DNA of 31,615 bases from Thermoplasmata archaeon (GTDB taxonomy: Archaea; Thermoplasmatota; Thermoplasmata; Lutacidiplasmatales; SKW197), in assembly GCA_038896575.1 (NCBI GenBank), contig JAWACX010000001.1:1-31615 (forward strand). The letters run 5' to 3'. The translations under genes and the position numbers were made by a program. Under the pieces are notes generated by a model. That model did not search any database. It saw only the letters and a program-made list of their open reading frames with translations, and was not told the DNA's origin. Below are positions 1-8,771 of this stretch, piece by piece. Every line of letters starts with the position of its first letter. Positions within the stretch are counted from its first letter, which is position 1.

Positions 1-80
1 GTTACCTCATTCAGAAGGTTCTGCTCACCCACTCTCACAACATAAACTTTGGATAGCTTCCATATGTCCCTTCCGTTCAT
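1..80 (-). CDS. Possible 5' end of a gene running off the left edge (MNGRDIWKLSKVYVVRVGEQNLLNEV...)
   Basis: ATG at 80 on the minus strand, frame open to position 1, purine-rich upstream. Only 26 codons are visible. Confidence 0.3.
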   Translation of the reverse strand, partial: MNGRDIWKLSKVYVVRVGEQNLLNEV

Positions 81-187
81 CTATTGCAATTCCCTTCTTT
101 TTGGCTCGTTTGACCCATCAAAATCTCATTGTGCCTATTACGCAATCTTTGGGAAGTTAGTGTGGTCTCTCCCCCTGTGAGCCGTAA

Positions 188-195
188 TTTATTTA
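188..195 (+). promoter_or_regulatory. TATA box (TTTATTTA) for the C/D box sRNA
   Basis: Lies 23-24 nt upstream of the sRNA 5' stem (219/220), the same spacing seen for the other promoters in this window. Confidence 0.6.
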
Positions 196-218
196 TCCTG
201 ACAGAGTTATTCTTGTTG

Positions 219-279
219 TGCCGCAATGATGTAAAGTTCATAGCTGAGGGATGATGACTGATGGGCGATCAGAGCGGCA
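219..279 (+). ncRNA. Archaeal box C/D 2'-O-methylation guide sRNA
   Basis: Terminal stem TGCCGC(219-224)/GCGGCA(274-279); C box ATGATGT 226-232; 11-nt guide; D' CTGA 244-247; GGG spacer; C' ATGATGA 251-257; 12-nt guide; variant D box CAGA 270-273. TATA upstream and oligo-T downstream. Confidence 0.8.
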
Positions 280-280
280 A

Positions 281-294
281 TTTTTTCTATTTTT
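281..294 (+). terminator. Oligo-T terminator of the C/D sRNA
   Basis: TTTTTTCTATTTTT starts 2 nt after the 3' stem; archaeal terminators are T-rich tracts. Confidence 0.5.
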
Positions 295-3200
295 CAGAGC
301 GGATGGATATTGGCACCGCAGGAAGGACATGTGGTCAGTCTAGAGGCACAGGCGGGATGGAGAACTGCACCGCAGGAAGGGCACACAAAGGCCTGGTTGA
401 CAATCTCATGTGGTATAGGATAGTTACAGCTTGCGCACTTCACTACAGGCGGCGGTTTTGGCTTTTCTTCCTTCTTCTCCTTTTTCTTCGGTTTTAAGAG
501 GAGAACAAAGTCGTCCCAGTAATCAAGGTATTTCAGAACCACGAAGAGAATTACAAGAATGAGAGGAATCAACAGGAGGAGGTACCAGTAATTGAGATGG
601 ACTGATATGAAGTACGGGGTATCGGAACCTCCAGATGGGGCTCTAGCGACATTGCCTGCCCTGTCCTTGGCCTCTATATAGTACTGAAGGCCATCCAGTG
701 TCACATCGTCTTTCGGGATTCTGGCAGTGTATGTTTCTCCATCGGCGCTGCTCATACTCACCTCTCTGTACGAAGCCCATCCTGGATTTTTGTAGTAGAG
801 TCGGACATCCGCAACTCCGCTTCCATAGTCGGAGACCTTCGCAGAGACAAGGACCTCCTCAGAATACAACCATTCACTGATCTGAGCATGTGTTATCTCT
901 GGTGCCCTCGTATCTATTTTGAAGGAGATATTTTTCTCTTCTTCCTTATTTCCAGCAGTATCCTCAGAGTAGAAGAAAATTTCGTAAGAACCGTCATTAA
1001 ATTGGCGTTCGGAATCATACCTCGCCCAGTTACCTGAAGATCCTATCTTGATCCATGTGACAGAAAGACCTGATGTGTGGTCCTGTGGGAGGAGTTTAAG
1101 CGTCACGCTACTCGTGTACCAATTGTTGCTTCCCATTTTTCCTGAAATGTTGTATTGAGTTGTAGGTGGTGTGGCATCAATTTTGATGGTCATAGAATGG
1201 ACTTCCTCAATATTTCCTGCAGCATCAACCGCACGATATTCTAGAGTTATGATACCATCTGTGGAAAGGTAGATTTCCTCGGAATATATCTGCCAGTCAT
1301 AGCCCTCACCGAACCTGTATGCAATTTCTCCAATGCCTGAGATATCATCTTCTGCACTGAGATTCACCCAGACATTGGACTTATACCATTCATATTTCCC
1401 CAACTCTCCTTTAAGTTTTGCAGTTGAAACTGGCTTCTGGATATCCATTTTTATTTCTGTTGAGTTAGCAGTGATAAGACCTGCACCGTTTTTCACCTGG
1501 TATTCAAAAGTGTGAATTCCTGGTGAAATTTTCACTCCACCTGTGTAATTCTCCCAGTTCCCATCATCAATTCTATACCTAATTTGGGAGATTCCTGAGA
1601 GGTCGGTAGAATTTATCTCAACCGTGGTGTTTGAATTGTACCAGCCACTGTATGAAAGGTTGCCAATAATTTTTAATTCCACCTCTGGCGGCGTAAGGTC
1701 TATTTTTACGGTAGTGTTCCTGATTACCTCGTTTATGCCAGCATTGTCCACAGAGTAATACTCAAGGTAGTAAATTCCTTCATCAGAGAGAACAAACTCC
1801 TGTGTGTATAGTGTCCAGGTATCTGAGGAGTTTAATCTGTAGTAGGTTTCCGAAATACCTGAACCTGCGTCATTCGTGAGAAGTTTTACAGTTACTTCTG
1901 ACACAAACCATCCAGGCTCTGCAGAGGTGCCTGTGAGCATACATGTGGTATTCGGAGCGGTTTTGTCAATCTTGAAACTTATGCTTTTGATATTTTCTGT
2001 TCTCCCTGCAAAGTCAACAGAATAGAACTCAACAGTGTAGTAGGAATCGTTTGAATAGGTAAGAGGAGATGTATAGAGGGACCATTGAACTGAGGTATTG
2101 AGTTTGAAGTATGTTTTGTTCACCCCTGATGCAGAATCAGAAGGTTGGAGCGTAAGTGTAACAGGTGAGACATACCACTCATTTGCACCGATTGTTCCTG
2201 TGAGATAGGCTTCTGTGTTAGGTGATAGGAGGTCAATCTTTACTACCACGCTTTTTGTGGCTTCTGTGTTCCCTACCTTATCCACAGCGTAGTAGCTTAT
2301 GTTGTAAACATCCTCTGAGGAGAGCGAGAGATTACCTGTATACTCCTGCCAAGCCCCACTGTTTATCCTGTAGTAAATTTTATCCACACCCCTCCCTGAA
2401 TCTGTTGCAGAGAGGTTGAGAGTGACTGGTGAGGTGTACCATCCATTCGCACCCTGCGTGCCAACAACTGTTGCAGTGGTAACAGGTGGAGTGGTATCAA
2501 TGAAATATGTCACCTCAATCTTTGGCCAGTATTGCTGGATACCACAGTCAGAAGAATAAAAGTATTTTCCGCTTCCCCAGTTTGTCTGGAGTGCTAGCCC
2601 ATAGTTTGGAGAGAGCCCATAAACCCATTCCCTGAAAACAGATGTGATGTTCCAGGAATACCAGATTGCTGCTCCACCTACATTTGCAGAAGCAACAGGT
2701 GTCCCGTCATAGTCCGTTCCATTACCCATCCCCGGACTCTGCCAGTTATTACTTGCGTCTCTCACATACCATGTGGCCCCAGGTGACTGTGTCCCATTTC
2801 CATATCCTTCCTCCCAGGACCGCAGCATCTTGTATGCACCTATGGTAGCAGTGTAGCTGGGATCTTCCACATAATAGCAGTAGAGCTTGAGAGTTGCCGA
2901 AGTAATCACGCTTCCAGAGGGCATTGAAATCGGGAAATTGAGGAGAACCTTTTCTGGATTGGTGCCATTTACCTTCAGGGTAGTGTTGATTCCATAGTTG
3001 AGGGTTGGGTTGGAAGCCGAGATATAGGTGTCCTCCATGTCTGCTGGTGTCGGTTGAATCACCATAGAATCCCTTGGTGAATCTGGCAGTAATTTTTCAG
3101 TTGGAATTTCGTAGCAAGTTGAACACGAGGAAAAATGAAGCATGTTTCCGGCAAAGAGAGCACAAATCAGAAATGCCACCAGATACCTTCCCACTTTCAT
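294..3200 (-). CDS. Large cell-surface glycoprotein: signal peptide, DNRLRE-like domain, 6+1 Ig-like (OmpL47-type) repeats, single TM helix, cytoplasmic C4HC3 zinc finger
   Basis: N-terminal MKVGRYLVAFLICALFAG signal; DTYIS..NPTLNYG...SATLKLY (DNRLRE-type) motif; repeats D..pP.T...G..G.n.WY.S.V...L...D..SG; many N-x-S/T sequons; TM YWYLLLLIPLILVILFVVL; tail C-x2-C-x14-C-x2-C-x4-H-x2-C-x6-C-x2-C. ATG at 3200 is preceded by a GGTGA SD (the ORF track starts at GTG 3209). Confidence 0.85.
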   Translation of the reverse strand: MKVGRYLVAFLICALFAGNMLHFSSCSTCYEIPTEKLLPDSPRDSMVIQPTPADMEDTYISASNPTLNYGINTTLKVNGTNPEKVLLNFPISMPSGSVITSATLKLYCYYVEDPSYTATIGAYKMLRSWEEGYGNGTQSPGATWYVRDASNNWQSPGMGNGTDYDGTPVASANVGGAAIWYSWNITSVFREWVYGLSPNYGLALQTNWGSGKYFYSSDCGIQQYWPKIEVTYFIDTTPPVTTATVVGTQGANGWYTSPVTLNLSATDSGRGVDKIYYRINSGAWQEYTGNLSLSSEDVYNISYYAVDKVGNTEATKSVVVKIDLLSPNTEAYLTGTIGANEWYVSPVTLTLQPSDSASGVNKTYFKLNTSVQWSLYTSPLTYSNDSYYTVEFYSVDFAGRTENIKSISFKIDKTAPNTTCMLTGTSAEPGWFVSEVTVKLLTNDAGSGISETYYRLNSSDTWTLYTQEFVLSDEGIYYLEYYSVDNAGINEVIRNTTVKIDLTPPEVELKIIGNLSYSGWYNSNTTVEINSTDLSGISQIRYRIDDGNWENYTGGVKISPGIHTFEYQVKNGAGLITANSTEIKMDIQKPVSTAKLKGELGKYEWYKSNVWVNLSAEDDISGIGEIAYRFGEGYDWQIYSEEIYLSTDGIITLEYRAVDAAGNIEEVHSMTIKIDATPPTTQYNISGKMGSNNWYTSSVTLKLLPQDHTSGLSVTWIKIGSSGNWARYDSERQFNDGSYEIFFYSEDTAGNKEEEKNISFKIDTRAPEITHAQISEWLYSEEVLVSAKVSDYGSGVADVRLYYKNPGWASYREVSMSSADGETYTARIPKDDVTLDGLQYYIEAKDRAGNVARAPSGGSDTPYFISVHLNYWYLLLLIPLILVILFVVLKYLDYWDDFVLLLKPKKKEKKEEKPKPPPVVKCASCNYPIPHEIVNQAFVCPSCGAVLHPACASRLTTCPSCGANIHPL
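915..2498 (-). repeat. Six tandem ~88-aa Ig-like protein repeats within the surface protein
   Basis: Units begin DTTPP, DLLSP, DKTAP, DLTPP, DIQKP, DATPP. 1584 nt = 528 aa = 6 x 88 on average. Conserved W-Y/F, SG and W..Y, with a D..G motif in most units. Diverged at the DNA level. Confidence 0.85.
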
Positions 3201-3305
3201 TTTCTTCACCTTTTTTCAGATGTTTGTTTTCCTCTCCCTAAATATCTAAATGGTATATATATTTTTATTACCACCAACCCGATGCCACTTTCTCAATCCT
3301 TTCCC

Positions 3306-3313
3306 TTTATATA
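3306..3313 (+). promoter_or_regulatory. TATA box TTTATATA, leaderless gltX promoter
   Basis: 23 nt before ATG 3337. Confidence 0.65.
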
Positions 3314-3336
3314 TTCCGTGTTTCTTTTCCCTAAAT

Positions 3337-5007
3337 ATGGAAGAAAGGGTAAGGAGAGCAATACGGAACTTCGCACTCCAGAATGCGGTGCAGCACGGTG
3401 GAAAGGCGGAGCAGAAGGCAGTGGCTGGAAGAGTAGCGAGCAGTTTCCCGGAGCTAAGGCCAAAAATGAAGGAACTCCTGGCAGTGATTGAAAAAATTGT
3501 GGAAGAGGTAAATGCCCTTTCCCTTGAGGAGCAGACTGAAGAACTGAGACAAAATGCTCCGGAGCTTCTGCAGAGGGAGAAAAAGGAAAGGGAGTTTGTG
3601 CTGCCAGAATTGCCAGATGTTAAAGATACTGTGGTGATGAGGCTGGCACCGTTCCCTTCTGGTGCACCGCATATAGGGAATGCAAGAAGCTTCATCCTTA
3701 ACCATGAATATGTGAAAAAGTACAACGGGAAGCTTTACCTTGTCTTTGATGATACAATCGGTTCTGAGGAAAAAATTCCGCAGGCTGATTCCTATGACCT
3801 AATAAGGGAGAGCCTGGCATACCTGGGTATCAAATACGAGAAGGAATTCTTTAAGTCCGACAGACTGGAAATTTTCTATGACTGGGCAAAGAAAATTATA
3901 GAGAAGGGTTATGCCTATGTCTGTCATTGTGACGCCCAAACCCTGAGAAAATACAGGGAGGAGGGGAGAGAGTGTGAACACAGGGGCCAGAGCGTTGAGG
4001 AGAACCTTGAGAAATGGGAAAAAATGCTTGCCAATGCCTACGCTGAAGGTGAGGCAATCCTGAGAATAAAAACAGATATGAGACACAGAAACCCTGCATT
4101 TAGAGACAGGGTTCTATTTAGAATCTCTGCAAGGGAACATCCGAGGGTGGGTAGAAAGTACACGGTCTGGCCGTTGCTTGAGTTTTCTTGGGCGGTGGAT
4201 GACCATCTGCTTGGAATCACCCACATACTCAGGGGTAAAGACCTCATGATGGAGGACATGATGGAGCAGTATATCTGGGATATTTTCGGGATAAAAGGGC
4301 CTGTTTTCATTCATTACGGAATGCTGATGCTTTCAGAGATGAAGCTGAGCAAGAGCAAATCAATGAAGGAAGTGCTTTCAGGCACTTACTCAGGCTGGGA
4401 CGACCCGAGGACCTGGAGCCTGCTTTCTCTGAGGAGGAGGGGAATTCAGGCCAGTGCAATAAGGAATTTTATCACATCTTTTGGTGTGAGCCTTGCTGAT
4501 ATTGAAGTTCCAGCAGAAAATCTGTATGCTGAAAACAGGAAAATTGTGGACTGGATTGCGCCAAGATTCTTCTTCGTGCCTGAGCCTGTGAAAATAAGAA
4601 TAGGGTTAGAGGGTATGAAGGAAATTGAACTTCAAAATCACCCTCTGAATAAGGCACTCGGAACAAGAAAGCTCAGCGTTGGCAACGAAGTTTTCCTTTC
4701 AGGAACAGATTTTAAAAATTATCATGGACAGGAAATCCGACTAAAGGACTTCTGCAACATTCTCTGCCAAGAAAACGCGGTAATCACATCCTGGGAAAAC
4801 AAGAATATTCCCAGAATTCAGTGGGTTCCCTGCAATGAGGCAGTAGAGATTGAGGTTATCCAGATAGATGGTTCCTCGGTAATGGGGGTGGCTGAGAGAA
4901 ATCTGTTGAGTGTAAATCCAGGTTCTGTTGTCCAGCTTGAGCGGTATGGTTTCGTGCGGATAGATGAAAGGGGAGAAAAGATAAAGGGATATTTTGCCCA
5001 TAAATAA
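3337..5007 (+). CDS. gltX: Glutamyl-tRNA synthetase (archaeal type)
   Basis: RLAPFPSGAPHIGN (HIGH motif), DDT, CxC zinc site, RGKD, KLSKS (KMSKS motif), N-terminal YqeY-like helices and C-terminal QLERYGF. Start moved from 3250 to 3337 (MEERVRR). Confidence 0.97.
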   Translation: MEERVRRAIRNFALQNAVQHGGKAEQKAVAGRVASSFPELRPKMKELLAVIEKIVEEVNALSLEEQTEELRQNAPELLQREKKEREFVLPELPDVKDTVVMRLAPFPSGAPHIGNARSFILNHEYVKKYNGKLYLVFDDTIGSEEKIPQADSYDLIRESLAYLGIKYEKEFFKSDRLEIFYDWAKKIIEKGYAYVCHCDAQTLRKYREEGRECEHRGQSVEENLEKWEKMLANAYAEGEAILRIKTDMRHRNPAFRDRVLFRISAREHPRVGRKYTVWPLLEFSWAVDDHLLGITHILRGKDLMMEDMMEQYIWDIFGIKGPVFIHYGMLMLSEMKLSKSKSMKEVLSGTYSGWDDPRTWSLLSLRRRGIQASAIRNFITSFGVSLADIEVPAENLYAENRKIVDWIAPRFFFVPEPVKIRIGLEGMKEIELQNHPLNKALGTRKLSVGNEVFLSGTDFKNYHGQEIRLKDFCNILCQENAVITSWENKNIPRIQWVPCNEAVEIEVIQIDGSSVMGVAERNLLSVNPGSVVQLERYGFVRIDERGEKIKGYFAHK

Positions 5008-5066
5008 CCAATAGGAGTTCACCCGTATGAAGTAAGAAGAGTCAAAGGAAAGCATACCCAGGCAAC

Positions 5067-5231
5067 TCAATTGGAGAGCCCGAAAGACTGAAAGGAGTAT
5101 AGAATAAATCTTTGCACCTGGCCATGAACGACTCCCACCGGAGATTTTTCTTGCGATTGCAGGTTCTCATCCTGCATCTTTTCCAGTTCTTTTCGGATTT
5201 CGCATCCCTCGCAACCCAACCCTTCAGGCAT
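5067..5231 (-). CDS. Small hypothetical protein, 54 aa, with a CxxC motif (MPEGLGCEGCEIRKELEKMQDENLQ...)
   Basis: Absent from the ORF track (<60 aa). ATG is 6 nt after the S2P stop in the same frame, behind a GTGA SD-like sequence. Fills most of the gltX-S2P gap. Read manually. Confidence 0.4.
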   Translation of the reverse strand: MPEGLGCEGCEIRKELEKMQDENLQSQEKSPVGVVHGQVQRFILYSFQSFGLSN

Positions 5232-5237
5232 TGTCCA

Positions 5238-6761
5238 TCACAACTCTTTCTGCCCTCCCGTGGTTACAGTAACCTCAAATTCTTTCACAAAAGAGGTACC
5301 TGCAGGCACCACCTTAAACCCGACTTTTGCGGATTCCTGCCCGGAGTAATTCTCGCTGAAGTGAAGTGTAACAGTGCAGTTAACCTTTTCCCCGGGCTTC
5401 AATCTAGGTGTGAAGGCTGTGTAGTTCGAAATTATACTCTTTTGCTCGTTGTGGGCAAAGGAATACTCCACTGTGAGATTATCTCTGTAGTTTTTATCAG
5501 AAATCGTGGTATTGTTTGTTTTGAGCTTCACATACTCTATGGAAATTTCGTATCTTGCATAAATCTCACCATGGTTTTCTATCTGGATTACAAAACTCAC
5601 ACTTCTGTTTGCATCCAGGGATAGAGGCCACTCATCGGATTTCAAGCTGAATTCCATGTCGGCCTCCCTTAATGGCACAACGACAAAACTGCTGATGAGT
5701 ATCAGGCCAGCTACAACACCAACAATCTTCCTTTTATTATCCAGTTTTGAGATTGTGTTCAAAGGAGGAGGATGTCTCAAACCTAGAATTACCACAAGAA
5801 AAGCGAAGAACAACCATCCCGGGTAAAAGAAACTCAGGACAAGCATTCCGAGCACAGCCGCATACCCCAGATACCTTGCATTTCCCCCAAACAGAGCATT
5901 GACAATATGCCCTCCGTCAAGCTGCCCTGCAGGCAAGAGATTGATTGCCGTTACAAAAAGCCCGACCCAGCCTGCGATTGCAGTGGGATGGAGACCCTCA
6001 GGTGCAAAAGGAAGCATTGAGGAAATGAGTTGAAAGAAGAGGGAAGAGCCTAGCACAAGGCCACTGCCATCCATTATCACAGGGGGATAGAGTGTAGAGA
6101 GGTAAAGGCCGATACCTGTAACAGGAATTGCAACAAGAAAACCGCAGATGGGCCCGGCAAACCCTATGTCTATTAGTGCTTTTCTATCTGGAATTGGCTC
6201 TTTGATGCTTATGAAGGCCCCCATCGTGCCAAAGAGGAATGGTGGTGGCACTGGAATAAAGTAAGGGAGTGTGGCACTCACCCCATGTTTCCTTGCTGCA
6301 AAGTAGTGGCCAAGCTCATGAACCCCGAGAATCAGCATGAGAGGGAGAGCAAAAAATAGAATGCCAGAAAGCACAACACTTGAGGTAAATAGAGCGCCCA
6401 CATCTGTGATGCCAACATAACCTCCCCACAGGGTCATGCCTGCAAAAGCTGTGGTTCCAATTGTAGCCAGAAGTAAAAGGATGTTCCAGAGAATGTTTGA
6501 GGGTCTTGTTGGAGGTTTTTTCAACACATGGATAACATGCTCTCCGTTTTCAAGGGTAAGGGTGGGAACATAGTTCTGGGGCACTAACTCCTTCCTCAAC
6601 TCATCAAAATTTCTATCTATAGAGTCCATAGGGGCGCGAATGAAAAAAGCTACTTCGGCTGGAGAAACCCTTATCTCATAGATTGAGAAGTATTTACCCA
6701 CAACCCGTTTTAAGTGCTCGATTTCCGCAGACGGTTCCTGACTCTGCTGTGGAATGCTCAT
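5238..6761 (-). CDS. Site-2 protease (peptidase M50) with an extra C-terminal Ig-like domain
   Basis: LGVHELGH (HExxH), NLLPAGQLDGGH (NxxPxxxLDG) and multiple TM segments; ~140-aa beta-rich C-terminal extension. Confidence 0.92.
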   Translation of the reverse strand: MSIPQQSQEPSAEIEHLKRVVGKYFSIYEIRVSPAEVAFFIRAPMDSIDRNFDELRKELVPQNYVPTLTLENGEHVIHVLKKPPTRPSNILWNILLLLATIGTTAFAGMTLWGGYVGITDVGALFTSSVVLSGILFFALPLMLILGVHELGHYFAARKHGVSATLPYFIPVPPPFLFGTMGAFISIKEPIPDRKALIDIGFAGPICGFLVAIPVTGIGLYLSTLYPPVIMDGSGLVLGSSLFFQLISSMLPFAPEGLHPTAIAGWVGLFVTAINLLPAGQLDGGHIVNALFGGNARYLGYAAVLGMLVLSFFYPGWLFFAFLVVILGLRHPPPLNTISKLDNKRKIVGVVAGLILISSFVVVPLREADMEFSLKSDEWPLSLDANRSVSFVIQIENHGEIYARYEISIEYVKLKTNNTTISDKNYRDNLTVEYSFAHNEQKSIISNYTAFTPRLKPGEKVNCTVTLHFSENYSGQESAKVGFKVVPAGTSFVKEFEVTVTTGGQKEL

Positions 6762-6806
6762 TCCTGCACCAGGATAATCTTCACCTAAATAATACTTTTT
6801 AAAGCC

Positions 6807-8654
6807 TCACTTTTCATCTACCTTCTTATATTCCGCATCCACATACTCCTTCTTCCCCTCCTCCTTCTTTTCCCCCTGCTCCTCCCCTGCTGCACCTGAA
6901 GGCGGTGCACTTTGCTGGTAGAGTCTTGTGCTTATGCTTCCAACAGTGTTAAGGAGCTCATCCATGCCCTTCTTCATCGCCTCCACATCCTCTTTTTCAA
7001 CAGCCTTATTCAGATTTTCCATCGCCTCCTCAATCCTCTTCCTCTCCTCCTCTGTAATCTTGTCCTTGAACTCATTCAGCATCTTCTTTGTATTGTAAAT
7101 CAATCCCTCTGCTTTGTTCTTGGTCTCCACTTTCTCCAATACCTTTTTGTCCTCAGCCGCATACTTCTCTGCCTCTTTTATCATTGCATCAATCTGCTCC
7201 TTTGTGAGCTTTGTTGAGGCTGTGATTGTGATGCTCTGAGATTTGCCAGTGGCTCTGTCCTTCGCAGAAACATGGAGAATGCCATTTGCATCAATGTCAA
7301 AGGTAACCTCTATCTGGGGAACACCTCTTGGTGCGGGAGGAATCCCGGAGAGCAAAAACTTTCCTAATGAAGTGTTATCCTTAGCAAGTGGTCTCTCACC
7401 TTGGAGCACATGAATTTCCACGGTGGTCTGGAAGTCAGATGCGGTTGTGAATACCTCTGTCTTCCTTGTTGGTATCGTGGTATTCCTTTCAATTATTTTC
7501 GTGAACACGCCTCCAAGTGTCTCCACACCAAGGGAAAGTGGTGTCACATCAAGCAGGAGAATGTCCTTAACCTCGCCCGCGAGCACAGCACCCTGGATTG
7601 CAGCACCGATTGCAACGCATTCCATCGGGTCAACACCCCGCTCAATTTTCTTACCTAAAACCCTCTCAACAAAATTCTGAACAGCTGGCATTCTTGTAGG
7701 TCCTCCAACCAGAATTACCCTGTCAATATCCTCCTTTGTGAGTTTTGCATCCTTCAATGCCTGCTGAATTGGAATCTCACACCTCTTCAGAATTGGCTCA
7801 ATCAATTCTTCAAGCTTCGCCCTTGTAAGTTTCATCTGGAGATGCTTGGGTCCAGTGCTATCTGCTGTGATAAATGGAAGGTTTATTTCTGTCTCCAGGA
7901 CTGAGGAGAGTTCTATTTTGGCTTTTTCAGCGGCCTCCTTCAGCCGCATCATTGCCATCTTGTCCTGCCTTAAATCTATTCCAGTCTCCTCCTTGAATTT
8001 TCCTGCTACATAATCTATTATTGCATTGTCCATGTCTGTGCCGCCAAGCTGGGTATCCCCTGATGTAGAAAGCACCTCAAACACACCATCTCCAAACTCC
8101 ATAACAGTCACATCAAGCGTTCCTCCTCCAAGATCAAATACCAGGATTTTCTGCTCTTTCCCTGCTTTATCAATCCCATAAGCCAGGGATGCAGCAGTCG
8201 GCTCATTAATGATTCTAACAACTTCAAGACCAGCAATTGTTCCTGCATCTTTAGTTGCCTGCCTCTGGTTGTCATTGAAATATGCTGGAACAGTAATCAC
8301 TGCCTTCTCAATTTTCTCCCCAAGAAATGCCTCGGCATCCTTTTTTATCTTCTGGAGTATGAATGCAGAAAGTTGCTGGGGTGTAAATTCCTTGCCGTAA
8401 ATCTTGTATTTGTAGTCAGTGCCCATTTTTCGTTTTACTGCATATACAGTCCCCTCAGGGTTTGTGATTGCCTGCCTCCTTGCAGGTTCTCCAACAAGCA
8501 ACTGCCCGTCCTTTGTGAACGCAACATACGAGGGAAACGCCTTGCCTCCAACCGTGGTTCCCTCTGCACTCGGTATTATAACTGGCTTACCTCCTTCAAT
8601 CACAGCAGCTGCAGAGTTACTTGTCCCCAAATCAATACCTATAATTTTGCCCAT
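6807..8654 (-). CDS. dnaK: Molecular chaperone DnaK (Hsp70)
   Basis: [48 protein letters not shown]. Start MGKII at 8654 behind a GGTGA SD; 8660 is an alternative start. Confidence 0.98.
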   Translation of the reverse strand: MGKIIGIDLGTSNSAAAVIEGGKPVIIPSAEGTTVGGKAFPSYVAFTKDGQLLVGEPARRQAITNPEGTVYAVKRKMGTDYKYKIYGKEFTPQQLSAFILQKIKKDAEAFLGEKIEKAVITVPAYFNDNQRQATKDAGTIAGLEVVRIINEPTAASLAYGIDKAGKEQKILVFDLGGGTLDVTVMEFGDGVFEVLSTSGDTQLGGTDMDNAIIDYVAGKFKEETGIDLRQDKMAMMRLKEAAEKAKIELSSVLETEINLPFITADSTGPKHLQMKLTRAKLEELIEPILKRCEIPIQQALKDAKLTKEDIDRVILVGGPTRMPAVQNFVERVLGKKIERGVDPMECVAIGAAIQGAVLAGEVKDILLLDVTPLSLGVETLGGVFTKIIERNTTIPTRKTEVFTTASDFQTTVEIHVLQGERPLAKDNTSLGKFLLSGIPPAPRGVPQIEVTFDIDANGILHVSAKDRATGKSQSITITASTKLTKEQIDAMIKEAEKYAAEDKKVLEKVETKNKAEGLIYNTKKMLNEFKDKITEEERKRIEEAMENLNKAVEKEDVEAMKKGMDELLNTVGSISTRLYQQSAPPSGAAGEEQGEKKEEGKKEYVDAEYKKVDEK

Positions 8655-8687
8655 ACGCATCACCAAAAATCGGTATGAATGCACTAC

Positions 8688-8695
8688 TATATAAA
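8688..8695 (-). promoter_or_regulatory. TATA box TTTATATA for dnaK
   Basis: Reverse strand reads AAAAAGTTTTATATA, with an A-rich BRE-like element upstream; 27-33 nt before the candidate starts. Confidence 0.6.
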
Positions 8696-8740
8696 ACTTT
8701 TTATTATGTCTTCTGGCTACCAGCCAACATCCTCAAAAAA

Positions 8741-8748
8741 TTTATATA
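8741..8748 (+). promoter_or_regulatory. TATA box TTTATATA, leaderless promoter of the zinc-ribbon/TPR operon
   Basis: Preceded by CAAAAAA (BRE-like); 23 nt before ATG 8772. Confidence 0.65.
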
Positions 8749-8771
8749 ATCACACATAAATATAGATGCTG

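Noticed and set aside
77-497. ORF 261..497 (+) and a manually found 54-codon ORF 241..77 (-)
   Set aside because: They overlap the C/D sRNA, its terminator or the surface-protein 3' end, and have no recognisable motifs. The sRNA explains the region better.
5020-5095. Second C/D-like RNA (ATGAAGT ... CTGA) after gltX
   Set aside because: No D'/C' pair, no terminal stem and no promoter at the right distance.
8660-8700. Possible CIRCE (HrcA) or other heat-shock operator upstream of dnaK
   Set aside because: Only a GCACT half-site is present; there is no matching second arm at 9-nt spacing.
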